This document shows, one piece after another, positions 9,807 to 18,290 of a DNA stretch of 64,000 nucleotides. The notes under the pieces are model-generated. The model searched no databases and had not been told where the DNA came from. It saw nothing but the letters and a program-made list of their open reading frames with translations. The DNA lies in contig CAWFYY010000005.1 in assembly GCA_963820225.1 (NCBI GenBank), positions 125,620 to 189,619 of the forward strand. The letters run 5' to 3'. The number at the start of each line of letters is the position of its first letter. The stretch's first letter is position 1. The DNA is from an uncultured Gaiellaceae bacterium. Its GTDB lineage: Bacteria; Actinomycetota; Thermoleophilia; Gaiellales; Gaiellaceae. Made by a program: the position numbers and the translations under genes.

Positions 9807-11450
9807 GTGAGCCTGCGGATCATCCCACTGGGCGGCCTCGGCGAGGTCGGCAAGAACATGACGGTCTACGAGCACGGCGACGAGATCGTCGTCGTCGACG
9901 CCGGCCTCGCCTTCCCGCGCGACGAGCATCTCGGCGTCGATCTCGTCCTGCCGGACATCGGCTACCTCCGCGATCGCCGCGTCAACGCCGTGGTGCTCAC
10001 GCACGGGCACGAGGACCACGTCGGTGGGCTGCCGTACCTGCTGCGCGAAGTCGACTGCGACAAGGTGATCGCGACGAAGTTGACGCTCGGCCTGATCAAG
10101 TCGAAGCTCGACGAGCACGGCCTGACGGCCTCGACGCAGCTGGAGGAGGCCGAGACCGGAAAGGAGATCCGCGTCGGCTCGTTCACCCTGGACTTCGTCC
10201 GCGTCGCCCATTCGATCCCGGACTGCGTCGCGATCGTCCTCAACACGCCGGCCGGCCGGGTCGTCCACACTGGCGACTGGAAGCTCGACCACACGCCCGT
10301 CGACGGCCTCAAGACCGACGTCGGCCGACTGGCCGAGCTTGGGAACGAGGGCGTCGACCTCATGCTCGGCGACTCGACGAACGCCGAGCGGCCCGGGATG
10401 ACCGGCTCCGAGCGCCTCGTGGGCGAAGCCTTCCGCACGCTGATCCCGCTTCGCAAGGGCCGGATCCTCGTCGTCTCCTTCGCGTCGAACGTCCACCGGA
10501 TGCAGCAGGCGATCGACGTCGCCATCCAGGTCGGCCGCAAGGTCGCGATCGTCGGCCGCTCGATGCGCAAGAACCTCAACATCGCCCGGCAGCTCGGGTA
10601 CCTCGACGTGCCGGAGCACATTCTGATCAAGCCGCAGGAGGCGATGGAGCTGCCGCCGGGCCAGGTGATGATCCTCTGCACCGGCAGCCAGGGCGAGCCG
10701 ATGTCGGCGCTGACGCGGATCGCCTACAACGACCATCCGTCCGTCTCGATCGAGCGCGGCGACACCGTGATCCTCTCCGCCAAGCCCGTCCCGGGCAACG
10801 AGCTGCGCGTCCACGACTCGATCAACCGGCTCGCGAAGGCGGGCGCCGAGGTGCTGCACCAGGAGATCGCGCCCGTGCACGTCTCCGGCCATGCGTGCTC
10901 GGAAGAGATGCGGACGATGCTCTCGCTGCTGCGGCCGCGGGCGGTGATGCCGGTCCACGGCGAGTACCGGATGCTCGCGGCGCACGGCCAGCTCTCGCTC
11001 GAGTCCGGCGTGCCGGCCGAGGCGATCATCATCGCCGAGAACGGCTCCGTCGTGGAGCTCGAGCCGGGGAAGACGCCTCGGATCGTCGACCGGATCGAGG
11101 CCGGCGTCACGTTCGTGGACGGCCTCGGTGTCGGAGACGTCCGCGACGTTGCGTTGCGGGACCGCCGCCGCCTCTCCGAGGACGGCGTGCTGATCATCGT
11201 CACCACGCTCGCGAGCACGAACGGCGGCACGACCGCCCCGCCCGAGCTGATCGCACGCGGCTTCGGCGACTCCGAGGACCTGATCGACGAGCTCCGCGAC
11301 GAGGCCGCCCGCGTGCTGGAGGACCTGGCGGCCGACGACATCACCGAGATCAAGCTGCTGCAGGAGCACCTGCACGACGCCGTCGGGCAATTGATCTACG
11401 ACAGAACGCGCCGGCGGCCGATGATTCTTCCCGTGGTGATTGAAGTTTGA
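9807..11450 (+). CDS. rnj: ribonuclease J
   Basis: Metallo-beta-lactamase motif HGHEDHVGG with a beta-CASP region. Length is 547 aa, and adjacency to dapA matches other actinobacteria. Confidence 0.93.
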   Translation: MSLRIIPLGGLGEVGKNMTVYEHGDEIVVVDAGLAFPRDEHLGVDLVLPDIGYLRDRRVNAVVLTHGHEDHVGGLPYLLREVDCDKVIATKLTLGLIKSKLDEHGLTASTQLEEAETGKEIRVGSFTLDFVRVAHSIPDCVAIVLNTPAGRVVHTGDWKLDHTPVDGLKTDVGRLAELGNEGVDLMLGDSTNAERPGMTGSERLVGEAFRTLIPLRKGRILVVSFASNVHRMQQAIDVAIQVGRKVAIVGRSMRKNLNIARQLGYLDVPEHILIKPQEAMELPPGQVMILCTGSQGEPMSALTRIAYNDHPSVSIERGDTVILSAKPVPGNELRVHDSINRLAKAGAEVLHQEIAPVHVSGHACSEEMRTMLSLLRPRAVMPVHGEYRMLAAHGQLSLESGVPAEAIIIAENGSVVELEPGKTPRIVDRIEAGVTFVDGLGVGDVRDVALRDRRRLSEDGVLIIVTTLASTNGGTTAPPELIARGFGDSEDLIDELRDEAARVLEDLAADDITEIKLLQEHLHDAVGQLIYDRTRRRPMILPVVIEV

Positions 11451-11986
11451 TGACCGACTGGCCCGACATCCTGGTCGGGCACGCGGCGAGCGAGCTGACG
11501 GCACGGCGCCTGATCGGCCAGCTCCGCGCGTGCGAGGCGGCCGCGCTCGCGTTCTGCCGGCTGCTCGAGCGCTGGGGCAGGGGGGACGCGCAGCCTCCGA
11601 CCCCGGGCGGACGCGAAGCCGCGCTCCGGCACGCCGCCGACCGCGTCGAAACGGCGCTCGCCGGGCTCGACGTCCCGCTCAGCCGCTATCTCCTCGAGCT
11701 CGAGGCCGATCAGGCAGAGGGCCGCTCGTGGTACACGGGCCCGGGCGCCGGCGAGCTCGTCGAGTGGAAGGCAGTGCTCGCCCGCGCCGGCGTGCACGCC
11801 AGCCCGATCCGCGTCGCGGCTGCTTATCTCGAGCTGGCCGTGCTCGTCCGCGCTCTCCAGGGCCTCTCCGACGCAGCGCGGCTCGACGCCCCGCCGGATG
11901 CGTCCTCGCTCTGGGCCGGGCTCTTCGACCTCCGCGACACTCTGCTCGGCTCGACCGTGGACGACCTGCGGGCGCTCGCCGCCTGA
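11447..11986 (+). CDS. hypothetical protein (179 aa, Ala/Leu-rich, no recognisable motif)
   Basis: The ATG overlaps the rnj stop as ATGA, and the composition looks coding. No domain was recognised. Confidence 0.45.
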   Translation: MMTDWPDILVGHAASELTARRLIGQLRACEAAALAFCRLLERWGRGDAQPPTPGGREAALRHAADRVETALAGLDVPLSRYLLELEADQAEGRSWYTGPGAGELVEWKAVLARAGVHASPIRVAAAYLELAVLVRALQGLSDAARLDAPPDASSLWAGLFDLRDTLLGSTVDDLRALAA

Positions 11987-11987
11987 G

Positions 11988-12008
11988 CTTGTGTTACAGG
12001 AACACAAG
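11988..12008. promoter_or_regulatory. 21-bp perfect palindrome CTTGTGTT-ACAGG-AACACAAG (copy 1), candidate operator or RNA hairpin
   Basis: Read directly from the sequence. It has 8-bp arms and a 5-nt spacer and starts 2 nt after the upstream stop. It is AT-rich relative to the genome. Confidence 0.55.
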
Positions 12009-12041
12009 CTCCACCCGCACCGTTCCGCGCCTCGGAGGCCG

Positions 12042-12062
12042 TTTGTGTTACAGGAACACAAA
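12042..12062. promoter_or_regulatory. 21-bp perfect palindrome TTTGTGTT-ACAGG-AACACAAA (copy 2), candidate operator or translation-occluding hairpin
   Basis: It shares the 19-nt core TTGTGTTACAGGAACACAA with copy 1, lies 54 bp downstream of it, and ends 5 nt before the rbsK ATG, where an RBS would be expected. Confidence 0.55.
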
Positions 12063-12067
12063 GTCGC

Positions 12068-12877
12068 ATGAGCCCGTCGATCACGGTCGTCGGGTCGGTG
12101 AACCTCGACCTCGTCGCGCAGGTGGAGCGGCTGCCGCGGCCGGGGGAGACGGTCACGGATGCGGTGTTCAGCCGCGTTCCGGGCGGTAAGGGGGCGAACC
12201 AGGCCGTGGCCTGCGCCCGGCTGGGAGCTGACGTGACGCTCGTCTGCTCGGTCGGTGACGACGTCTTCGCGGCCGAGGCGCTGCCGCAGGAGGAGCGGTT
12301 GACCGTCGACGCGGTGCGCGTCGGCGCGCCGACGGGTGTCGCGGTGATCCTCGTCGACGCCGAGGGTGAGAATCAGATCGCTGTTGCCCCGGGCGCGAAC
12401 GCCGAGGTTCGCAACTTCGAGCTCGGTGCCGCCGACGCGGTCCTGACCCAGCTCGAGCTCCCGGACGCGGCGGTGATCGCCGCCTGGGAGCAGGCGTCGG
12501 GGCTCTTCTGCCTGAACGCGGCGCCAGCGCGTCCGATCGACGTCGACGCCGACCTGACCGTCGTCAACCGCTACGAGCTCGAGGTCCTGAAACGTCGCGA
12601 CGGCCTGGTCGCGCTGACCCTCGGCGCCGAGGGCGCGGTGCTGTTGCAGGAGGGCGAGGAGATCGCGCGGGCGGAGCCTCCGCGCGTCGAGGCGGTCGAC
12701 GGCACGGCAGCAGGCGACGCGTTCACGGCCTGCCTGCTCGTCTCGCTGCTCGAGGGCCGCGACCACGAGGACGCCCTGCGCCGGGCCTGTGCAGCGGGGG
12801 CGCTGGCCGCCTCACGTTTCGGCGCCCAGCCGTCGCTGCCGACCGCGACCGAGATTGACGAGATACTGGCGCGGTGA
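12068..12877 (+). CDS. rbsK: ribokinase (PfkB family)
   Basis: Motifs are GGKGANQAVA and DGTAAGDAF; length is 269 aa. Confidence 0.88.
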   Translation: MSPSITVVGSVNLDLVAQVERLPRPGETVTDAVFSRVPGGKGANQAVACARLGADVTLVCSVGDDVFAAEALPQEERLTVDAVRVGAPTGVAVILVDAEGENQIAVAPGANAEVRNFELGAADAVLTQLELPDAAVIAAWEQASGLFCLNAAPARPIDVDADLTVVNRYELEVLKRRDGLVALTLGAEGAVLLQEGEEIARAEPPRVEAVDGTAAGDAFTACLLVSLLEGRDHEDALRRACAAGALAASRFGAQPSLPTATEIDEILAR

Positions 12878-13779
12878 CTCCGGTTGTCATCGACTGCGAT
12901 CCCGGGCACGACGATGCGATCGCGCTCCTGCTCGCGCTCGCGAGCCCGGAGATCGACCTCCTCGGCATCACCACCGTGCACGGGAACCAGACGCTCGACA
13001 AGACGACGGACAACGCGCTCCGCGTCCTCGCGCTCGTGGGCAGGGAGGACGTCCCCCTCGCGATGGGGTCGGATCGCCCGCTCGTCCGCGAGCCCCACGT
13101 CGCCGCACACGTTCACGGAGAGAGCGGCCTCGACGGGCCGGACTTGCCGTCGCGCGCCTCGGAGCCGATCGACCAGCACGCGGTCGACTTCCTCGTCGAG
13201 CGCGTGACCCCCGAGACCGTGCTCGTTCCTCTCGGCCCGCTCACGAACGTCGCGCTCGCCCTCGACCGGGGCATGCAGCCGGGCCGAATCGTGCTGATGG
13301 GAGGTGCGATCGCAGAGGGGAACATGACCCCGGCCGCGGAGTTCAACATCTGGGTCGATCCCGAGGCCGCTCAGCGTGTCTTCCACTCCGGGCTCGACGT
13401 GACGATGATCGGCCTCGACGTCACGCACGGGGCGCTGCTGACGCCGGCGTGGTCCGAGCGATTCAGGCGCGCCGGTCGCGTGGGGACGTTCGTCGCCGAG
13501 CTCGTCGAGTTCTTCAAGCAGTACCACGTCCGAACCTATGGCTGGGACGGCGCACCGATCCACGACGCGGTCGCGCTGGCGCACGTGCTGCGCCCGGGCA
13601 TCGTCAGCACCGACCATCTCAACGTCGAGGTCGAGACGGAATCGGAGCTGTGCCGCGGCCGGACCGTCGTCGACCGCTGGCACCGCACGGAACGCGAGCC
13701 GAACGCGCAGGTCGGCCTGGAGGTCGAGGCCGATGCCTTCTTCGAGCTCCTGCTCGAGCGCGTCGCGACGCTGGGCTGA
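12874..13779 (+). CDS. nucleoside hydrolase (inosine/uridine-preferring family)
   Basis: N-terminal DCDPGHDDAIAL (DxDxxxDD) motif. The GTG start overlaps the rbsK stop as GTGA. Confidence 0.9.
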   Translation: MTPVVIDCDPGHDDAIALLLALASPEIDLLGITTVHGNQTLDKTTDNALRVLALVGREDVPLAMGSDRPLVREPHVAAHVHGESGLDGPDLPSRASEPIDQHAVDFLVERVTPETVLVPLGPLTNVALALDRGMQPGRIVLMGGAIAEGNMTPAAEFNIWVDPEAAQRVFHSGLDVTMIGLDVTHGALLTPAWSERFRRAGRVGTFVAELVEFFKQYHVRTYGWDGAPIHDAVALAHVLRPGIVSTDHLNVEVETESELCRGRTVVDRWHRTEREPNAQVGLEVEADAFFELLLERVATLG

Positions 13780-13943
13780 TGCCACCCGGTCTAGGCCGCG
13801 TTGCCATTGCCGCACTCGGCGCAGCCGCGCTCGCGCTCGGCCTCGTCGCAGCGCTGAACGGCGTGCTCTCGGGAACCGCGATCGCGATCGGCGGCCTCCT
13901 CCTCCTCGCCTGGAGCGTTTTCGGCGGCAGGGAGCGCGGGTGA
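13779..13943 (+). CDS. possible small membrane protein (54 aa, two hydrophobic segments)
   Basis: The ATG overlaps the hydrolase stop by 1 nt (TGATG). The translation MPPGLGRVAIAALGAAALALGLVAALNG...LLLLAWSVFGG is hydrophobic. No homology was recognised. Confidence 0.35.
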   Translation: MPPGLGRVAIAALGAAALALGLVAALNGVLSGTAIAIGGLLLLAWSVFGGRERG

Positions 13944-13960
13944 GGCGTAACTGGCCTACC

Positions 13961-15411
13961 TCAACCGAGCCGGTAGGCCACGAGCCCGAGCGGCGGCAGC
14001 GCGTCGAAGGAGGGGTGATCGGTCCCGGCCTGGACGAGGAGCAGGTCGCCGGCGACCGCAGGACAGGCGTTGATCCCAGCCGGCGCTCTCGCCTCCCACA
14101 CCGTCTCGCCTGTCTCCGTGTCGAAGCCGTAGAGGCGACCGTCGTAGGTGGAGGTGAAGACGACGTCGTTCGAGACGGTGGCACAGCCGAAGACGGGCTG
14201 GGGGAGCCGTCGCTCCCAGAGCGGCTTCCCGTCTCGCAGGTCGAGTGCGGTGAAGCGTCCCTTGCCGCTCGCCGGATCGACGCGATAGAAACCGAGCCCG
14301 CCGCTGCCCCGGCTGCTCTCGGGGTAGCAGAGGTCGACGACCGGAACGAAGACACGGCCGTCCGAGACGGCGAGGGGTGTCTCGACACCGCCCAGGAAGC
14401 CGGGGCAGACGGAGACGCGTCTCCGGGGCAACGGACCCGCGGTCGTTCCGGTGAACGCCGACCTCCGTTTCCCAGACGCGCTCCCCGCTCTCCCGGTTCC
14501 AGGCGAGCACCCGGCCTGCCTTCCCGGCGCCGACGACGAGGTCGCCGGCGAGGACCGGCGGGTTCTGGAAGTCGTAGTCGCGGATGTCGTGCGGCGTCAC
14601 CTGATCGAACCAGGCGAGCGCGGCCGCTTCGCCCCTCGAGGACGAGCAGGGAGCTCGTGTACAGAGCCGTGCCGGGGTAGGAGCCGCCGTTCGGGCGCTC
14701 CTCGGTGCCTCCCCAGGGATTCGGGTTGGCGATCCCCCAGTAGACGCGGCCGTCCTCGTCCACGGTCGGGGTCTGCCAGGCGCCGCCGCCGAACGCCTCC
14801 GGGAAGCGCCACGGCTCCTTGATCGTGTCGAACCGCCAGGCGATTGCTCCACTCGAGGCATCGAGCGCGACGAGCTCGCCCCGCGCTCCCGGGCGTTGGG
14901 CGGTGGTGCTCGTGAAGACGAGGCCGTCCGCTACCGCCGGCGCGATCGTGATCGGTGTCCCGGGCGGAGCGCCGAGGTCCGTCCGCCAGAGCACCCGACC
15001 GCTCTCTGCGTCCAGCGCGAAGGTGGACTCGGTCGTGTTCCCGAAGACCGCATCCTCCGCCAGCGCGAGCCCGTTCGGGCCGCCGTTCTCGACGTCGAAG
15101 CGCCTCGTCCACAGCCGGCGCCCGGACTGGGCGTCGAGTGCGTAGACGTTGCTGTTCAGGTCCTGGACGTAGACGACGCCGTCCGCGACGAGCGGGGTGG
15201 AAGCCGCGATCCCGGAGAAGCCCGCGCGTGCCGGGTAGCGGAAGCGCCAGGCAAGGTGCAGCGACCCCGCGTTCGCGGCGTCGATCTTCGAGCCAGGTGC
15301 CGAGCGCGTCCCTGCGAGGTCGCCGTTCGGAGCTGTCCACTCGCCGTCGCGGCCACCCGTGCCGCAGGAGGCCAGTACGAGAGCGGCGAGCAGCGGCAGG
15401 AAGGCGCGCAC
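13961..15411 (-). pseudogene. PQQ-repeat beta-propeller lipoprotein, reading frame broken twice as sequenced
   Basis: Lipobox signal is MRAFLPLLAALVLASCG. The homologous protein runs through three frames: 15411 to about 14630, about 14630 to about 14440, and about 14440 to 13961. Propeller motifs include VYALDAQSGRRLW, HDIRDYDFQNPP and LYGFDTETGETVW. The breaks lie next to G runs. Confidence 0.75.
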
Positions 15412-15599
15412 CGGTCGAGCCTAGCCACGCTTCTCGGTCGCAAGTTGGGAACCGCTGTCCTGAGAAACGTAAACACGCTAGGGAACGTCCGGGTGCCCTG
15501 TAGACGCGAGAGTGCCCGCACGATCGCTCTGCGACGCGTAATCTCGGGTCGTCGGCACCGCAGGCCGGCGCGAGTCCGAGCCCATACCCAGGAGGACGA

Positions 15600-17408
15600 A
15601 TGCATCGCGGACGTCTTACGCTCCTCGTCGCAGGTGCGCTGGCCCTGCTCGTCGCGTCAACCGGCGGACGCGCCGACGCGAAGCCAGCGGCCGGCACGAC
15701 GACAGCAGCGGTCACGATCACCAAGGCGCCGGCTTTCACAGCGGCAGATCTCACGGCCAAACCGGCCGGCAACTGGATCACCACGGGCGGCGATCTCTCG
15801 AGTCAGCGCTACTCGCCCTTGTCGCAGATCACCGTCTCGAACGCCAGCACGCTGAAGCAGGCGTGGAAGACCGACCTCGACCGCTCGGGCATCGCCGCGA
15901 AGTACTCGGCCGAAGGCGTGCCGCTCGTCTACAACGGCGTCATGTTCATCGCGACCGGGAACAACGACATCTTCGCGCTCGACGCGACCACGGGTCAGCA
16001 CCTGTGGAAGTTCGAGTCCAAGATCGCACAGAACAACAACACGGTCTGCTGCGGCTGGGTCTCCCGCGGCATCGGGCTTGGTGACGGAAAGATCTTCTCC
16101 GCCCAGCTCGACGGGTGGCTCGTCGCGATCGACCAGCTGACCGGCAAGGAGGTCTGGCGCACCCGGAACGTCCGTTGGCAGGAGGGGTACACGATGACCG
16201 TCCCGCCGATCTACTACAACGGTCTGCTCTACGTCGGCATGTCGGGCGGCGAGTTCGGCGCCCGCGGCCACTTCTCTGCCTACAACGCGACCGACGGCAA
16301 GTTCGTCTGGCGCTTCTACACGTGTCCGCAGCCAGGCGATATCGGTGGGCACACCTGGAGCGGCAGCGAGTGGCAGACGTGTGGCTCGACGGTCTGGAGC
16401 TACCCCGCGATCGACACGCAGACCAACACGCTGTACTTCTCGACGTCGAACGCGGATCCGTGGGTGAACCGCGGTCCCGGATCCAACCTCTTCTCGGCCT
16501 CGATGGTCGCGCTCGACGCGAGCACGGGCCTCTATCGCAACCACTACCAGATGGTGCACCACGACATCTGGGACTACGACTGCCCGTCCCCGCCGATCCT
16601 CTTCGACACGATGGTCGGCGGCGTCCAGCGCAAGGCTATAGCCGAGGCCTGCAAGACCGGCTGGGTCTACATCCTCGACCGCACGACCATGCAGCCGCTG
16701 ATCGGCATTCCCGAGAAGAAGGTGCCGCAGAACAAGGCCCAGAACACGTGGCCGACGCAGCCGTACCCGGTCGGCGACGCCTTCGCGACGCAATGCGCGA
16801 GCAAGTCGCTGTTCACGGGCAAGGCGCCGGACGGCAAGCCCTACAAGGTCGGGTGTATCTTCGACCCGATCACGACTACGGAGTTCACCGCGGTCGCGCC
16901 CGGCGCGCTCGGGGGTACGAACTGGCCACCGATCTCCTTCAGCCCGCAGACGAACCTCACCTACGTCTGCTCCGGGAACATGCAGAACGCACTCAAGGCG
17001 GTCCCGAAGGCCTCGCTGAAGCACGTCGGCGGGCAGGGCTTCACAGGGGTGCAGTTCGGCCTCGGCAAGGCGAAGGGGGTCTCCGCGTTCAGCGGCAACT
17101 TCACGGCGCTGAACGTGTCCACGAACAAGATCGCATGGAGGAAGAACTGGCCGTCGATGTGCGCAGCCGGGTCGGTTGCGACCGGTGGTGGCCTCGTCTT
17201 CACCGGCATGGCCGACGGCACGTTCATCGCCTACAACGCGATGACCGGTGCCCAGGTCTGGTCGCAGAAGCTCGACGCGGGCGTGAACGCGCCTGCGATG
17301 ACGTACTCGGTGAACGGCAAGCAGTACGTCGCCATCTTCGCCGGCGGCGGCACGTTCTTCGATGCCAAGCTGCACGGCGACAGCGTCTACGCATTCGCTG
17401 TCGGCTAG
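15600..17408 (+). CDS. PQQ-dependent dehydrogenase, methanol/ethanol (quinoprotein alcohol dehydrogenase) family, secreted
   Basis: RBS aggagga lies upstream and a signal peptide is present. A vicinal Cys-Cys (NNTVCCGWVSRG) is encoded at nt 16047-16052. Also present are GGEFGARG, HHDIWDYDCPSPP (D-Y-D at 16572-16580) and repeated W-motif blades. Length is 602 aa, with no haem-c domain. Confidence 0.9.
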   Translation: MHRGRLTLLVAGALALLVASTGGRADAKPAAGTTTAAVTITKAPAFTAADLTAKPAGNWITTGGDLSSQRYSPLSQITVSNASTLKQAWKTDLDRSGIAAKYSAEGVPLVYNGVMFIATGNNDIFALDATTGQHLWKFESKIAQNNNTVCCGWVSRGIGLGDGKIFSAQLDGWLVAIDQLTGKEVWRTRNVRWQEGYTMTVPPIYYNGLLYVGMSGGEFGARGHFSAYNATDGKFVWRFYTCPQPGDIGGHTWSGSEWQTCGSTVWSYPAIDTQTNTLYFSTSNADPWVNRGPGSNLFSASMVALDASTGLYRNHYQMVHHDIWDYDCPSPPILFDTMVGGVQRKAIAEACKTGWVYILDRTTMQPLIGIPEKKVPQNKAQNTWPTQPYPVGDAFATQCASKSLFTGKAPDGKPYKVGCIFDPITTTEFTAVAPGALGGTNWPPISFSPQTNLTYVCSGNMQNALKAVPKASLKHVGGQGFTGVQFGLGKAKGVSAFSGNFTALNVSTNKIAWRKNWPSMCAAGSVATGGGLVFTGMADGTFIAYNAMTGAQVWSQKLDAGVNAPAMTYSVNGKQYVAIFAGGGTFFDAKLHGDSVYAFAVG

Positions 17409-17431
17409 AGCAAAACACGGTCAAGCAGAAC

Positions 17432-17462
17432 GAACTGCGGGCGCAACGGGCGCCCGCAGTTC
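17432..17462 (+). terminator. stem-loop after the PQQ dehydrogenase gene
   Basis: A 13-bp perfect stem pairs gaactgcgggcgc with gcgcccgcagttc around a 5-nt loop. There is no clear U tract. Confidence 0.55.
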
Positions 17463-17484
17463 GCGGCTACGATGTGCTTGCGAG

Positions 17485-17530
17485 AGCAACTGAAATGTTC
17501 CGATCAAAGCAACTGAAATGTTCCGACCAA
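17485..17530 (+). repeat. two tandem 23-bp direct repeats AGCAACTGAAATGTTCCGA(T/C)CAA upstream of the cupredoxin gene
   Basis: Read directly from the sequence, with 22/23 identity. The repeats are AT-rich, and the second copy abuts the RBS (aaggggg). Confidence 0.6.
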
Positions 17531-17544
17531 GGGGGTCAACCACG

Positions 17545-17919
17545 ATGAAGAGAATGCGAATCGCCGCCGGGGTAACCGTCGCGGCTGTCGTTGTCACCGG
17601 CTCGGCGTTCGCGGCCAAGCAGGCGGTGGCGCCGAAGCCGAAGAAGGTGACGGTCAGTGCGACCGAGTACGCCTACAAGTGGTCTGCTCCCAAGACGGTG
17701 CGGAAGAACCAGAAGCTCGTGGTCACGCTCGCGAACAAGGGCACGGAGGTCCACGACCTCAAGTTCTTCGGCGTCACTCCGAAGTCGAAGTTCATTCCCG
17801 GCGGAGCCAGGACCACCTTCACGGTCACCTTCAAGAAGACGGGCCGCGTCCAGTTCATCTGCACGATCGGCGAGCACGCGATCAAGGGCATGCGGGGCGT
17901 GCTGGTAGTCAAAGCCTAG
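17545..17919 (+). CDS. secreted cupredoxin (type-1 blue copper protein, plastocyanin/azurin-like)
   Basis: RBS aaggggg lies 9 nt upstream of ATG 17545, followed by a signal peptide. Copper ligand pattern is His (EVHDL) plus C-x4-H-x4-M (FICTIGEHAIKGM). Confidence 0.8.
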   Translation: MKRMRIAAGVTVAAVVVTGSAFAAKQAVAPKPKKVTVSATEYAYKWSAPKTVRKNQKLVVTLANKGTEVHDLKFFGVTPKSKFIPGGARTTFTVTFKKTGRVQFICTIGEHAIKGMRGVLVVKA

Positions 17920-17921
17920 GC

Positions 17922-18290
17922 ATGGACGGCCACCGAAGGATCTCGATGGTCTCGGTGCTCGTGGCGCTCGTGGCAACGCTTGTCGCCACGAGCGCCACAG
18001 CGGCGCCGACGACGACCGAGCCCGTTCGGATCGTCGCCGTCAACGTGACGCTCACCGACAAGCGGGCTACCCTCGACGTCCCGGGTGTGGGCTTCCAGAA
18101 CACCGTCCAGTTCCGGGTCCGAAACCGGTCTGCGGTCGCGCGTACCTTCGCGATCGGAGGTCAGAAGCTGAAGGTTGCTCCGAAGGCGTTCCGGATTCTG
18201 CTGATCTTCTTCGACGTTCGCGGCCAGTACAAGTACACGGTCACGCCCGGCTCGAAGACCGGGCACCGCGGCGTCTTCCGCGTCGTCTAG
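17922..18290 (+). CDS. secreted cupredoxin-like paralogue lacking the Cys copper ligand
   Basis: It starts 2 nt after the previous stop and has a signal/TM segment. The C-terminal YKYTVTPGSKTGHRGVFRVV aligns to FICTIGEHAIKGMRGVLVV without the Cys. Confidence 0.5.
   Translation: MDGHRRISMVSVLVALVATLVATSATAAPTTTEPVRIVAVNVTLTDKRATLDVPGVGFQNTVQFRVRNRSAVARTFAIGGQKLKVAPKAFRILLIFFDVRGQYKYTVTPGSKTGHRGVFRVV

Noticed and set aside
9405-11504. A 699-aa minus-strand ORF antisense to rnj. Similar long antisense ORFs occur at 17916-19730, 35888-37654, 22873-23886 and 39306-40535.
   Set aside because: They show no motifs and have extreme Arg/Asp/Gly/Ala composition. Each lies opposite a gene with strong homology evidence.
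12571-15411. A 946-aa minus-strand ORF overlapping rbsK and the nucleoside hydrolase.
   Set aside because: Only the first roughly 260 codons (15411 to about 14630) are PQQ-propeller sequence. After the frame break the ORF continues as Arg/Pro-rich nonsense antisense to well-supported plus-strand genes.
15600-17408. Calling the PQQ dehydrogenase a lanthanide-dependent XoxF-type methanol dehydrogenase.
   Set aside because: The D-Y-D motif is suggestive, but the same D-x-D pattern occurs in Ca/Mg-dependent membrane glucose dehydrogenases. The residue after it is Cys, not the usual Gly. No xoxJ, xoxG or mxaJ genes were seen. This is kept as a hypothesis to test, not as an annotation.
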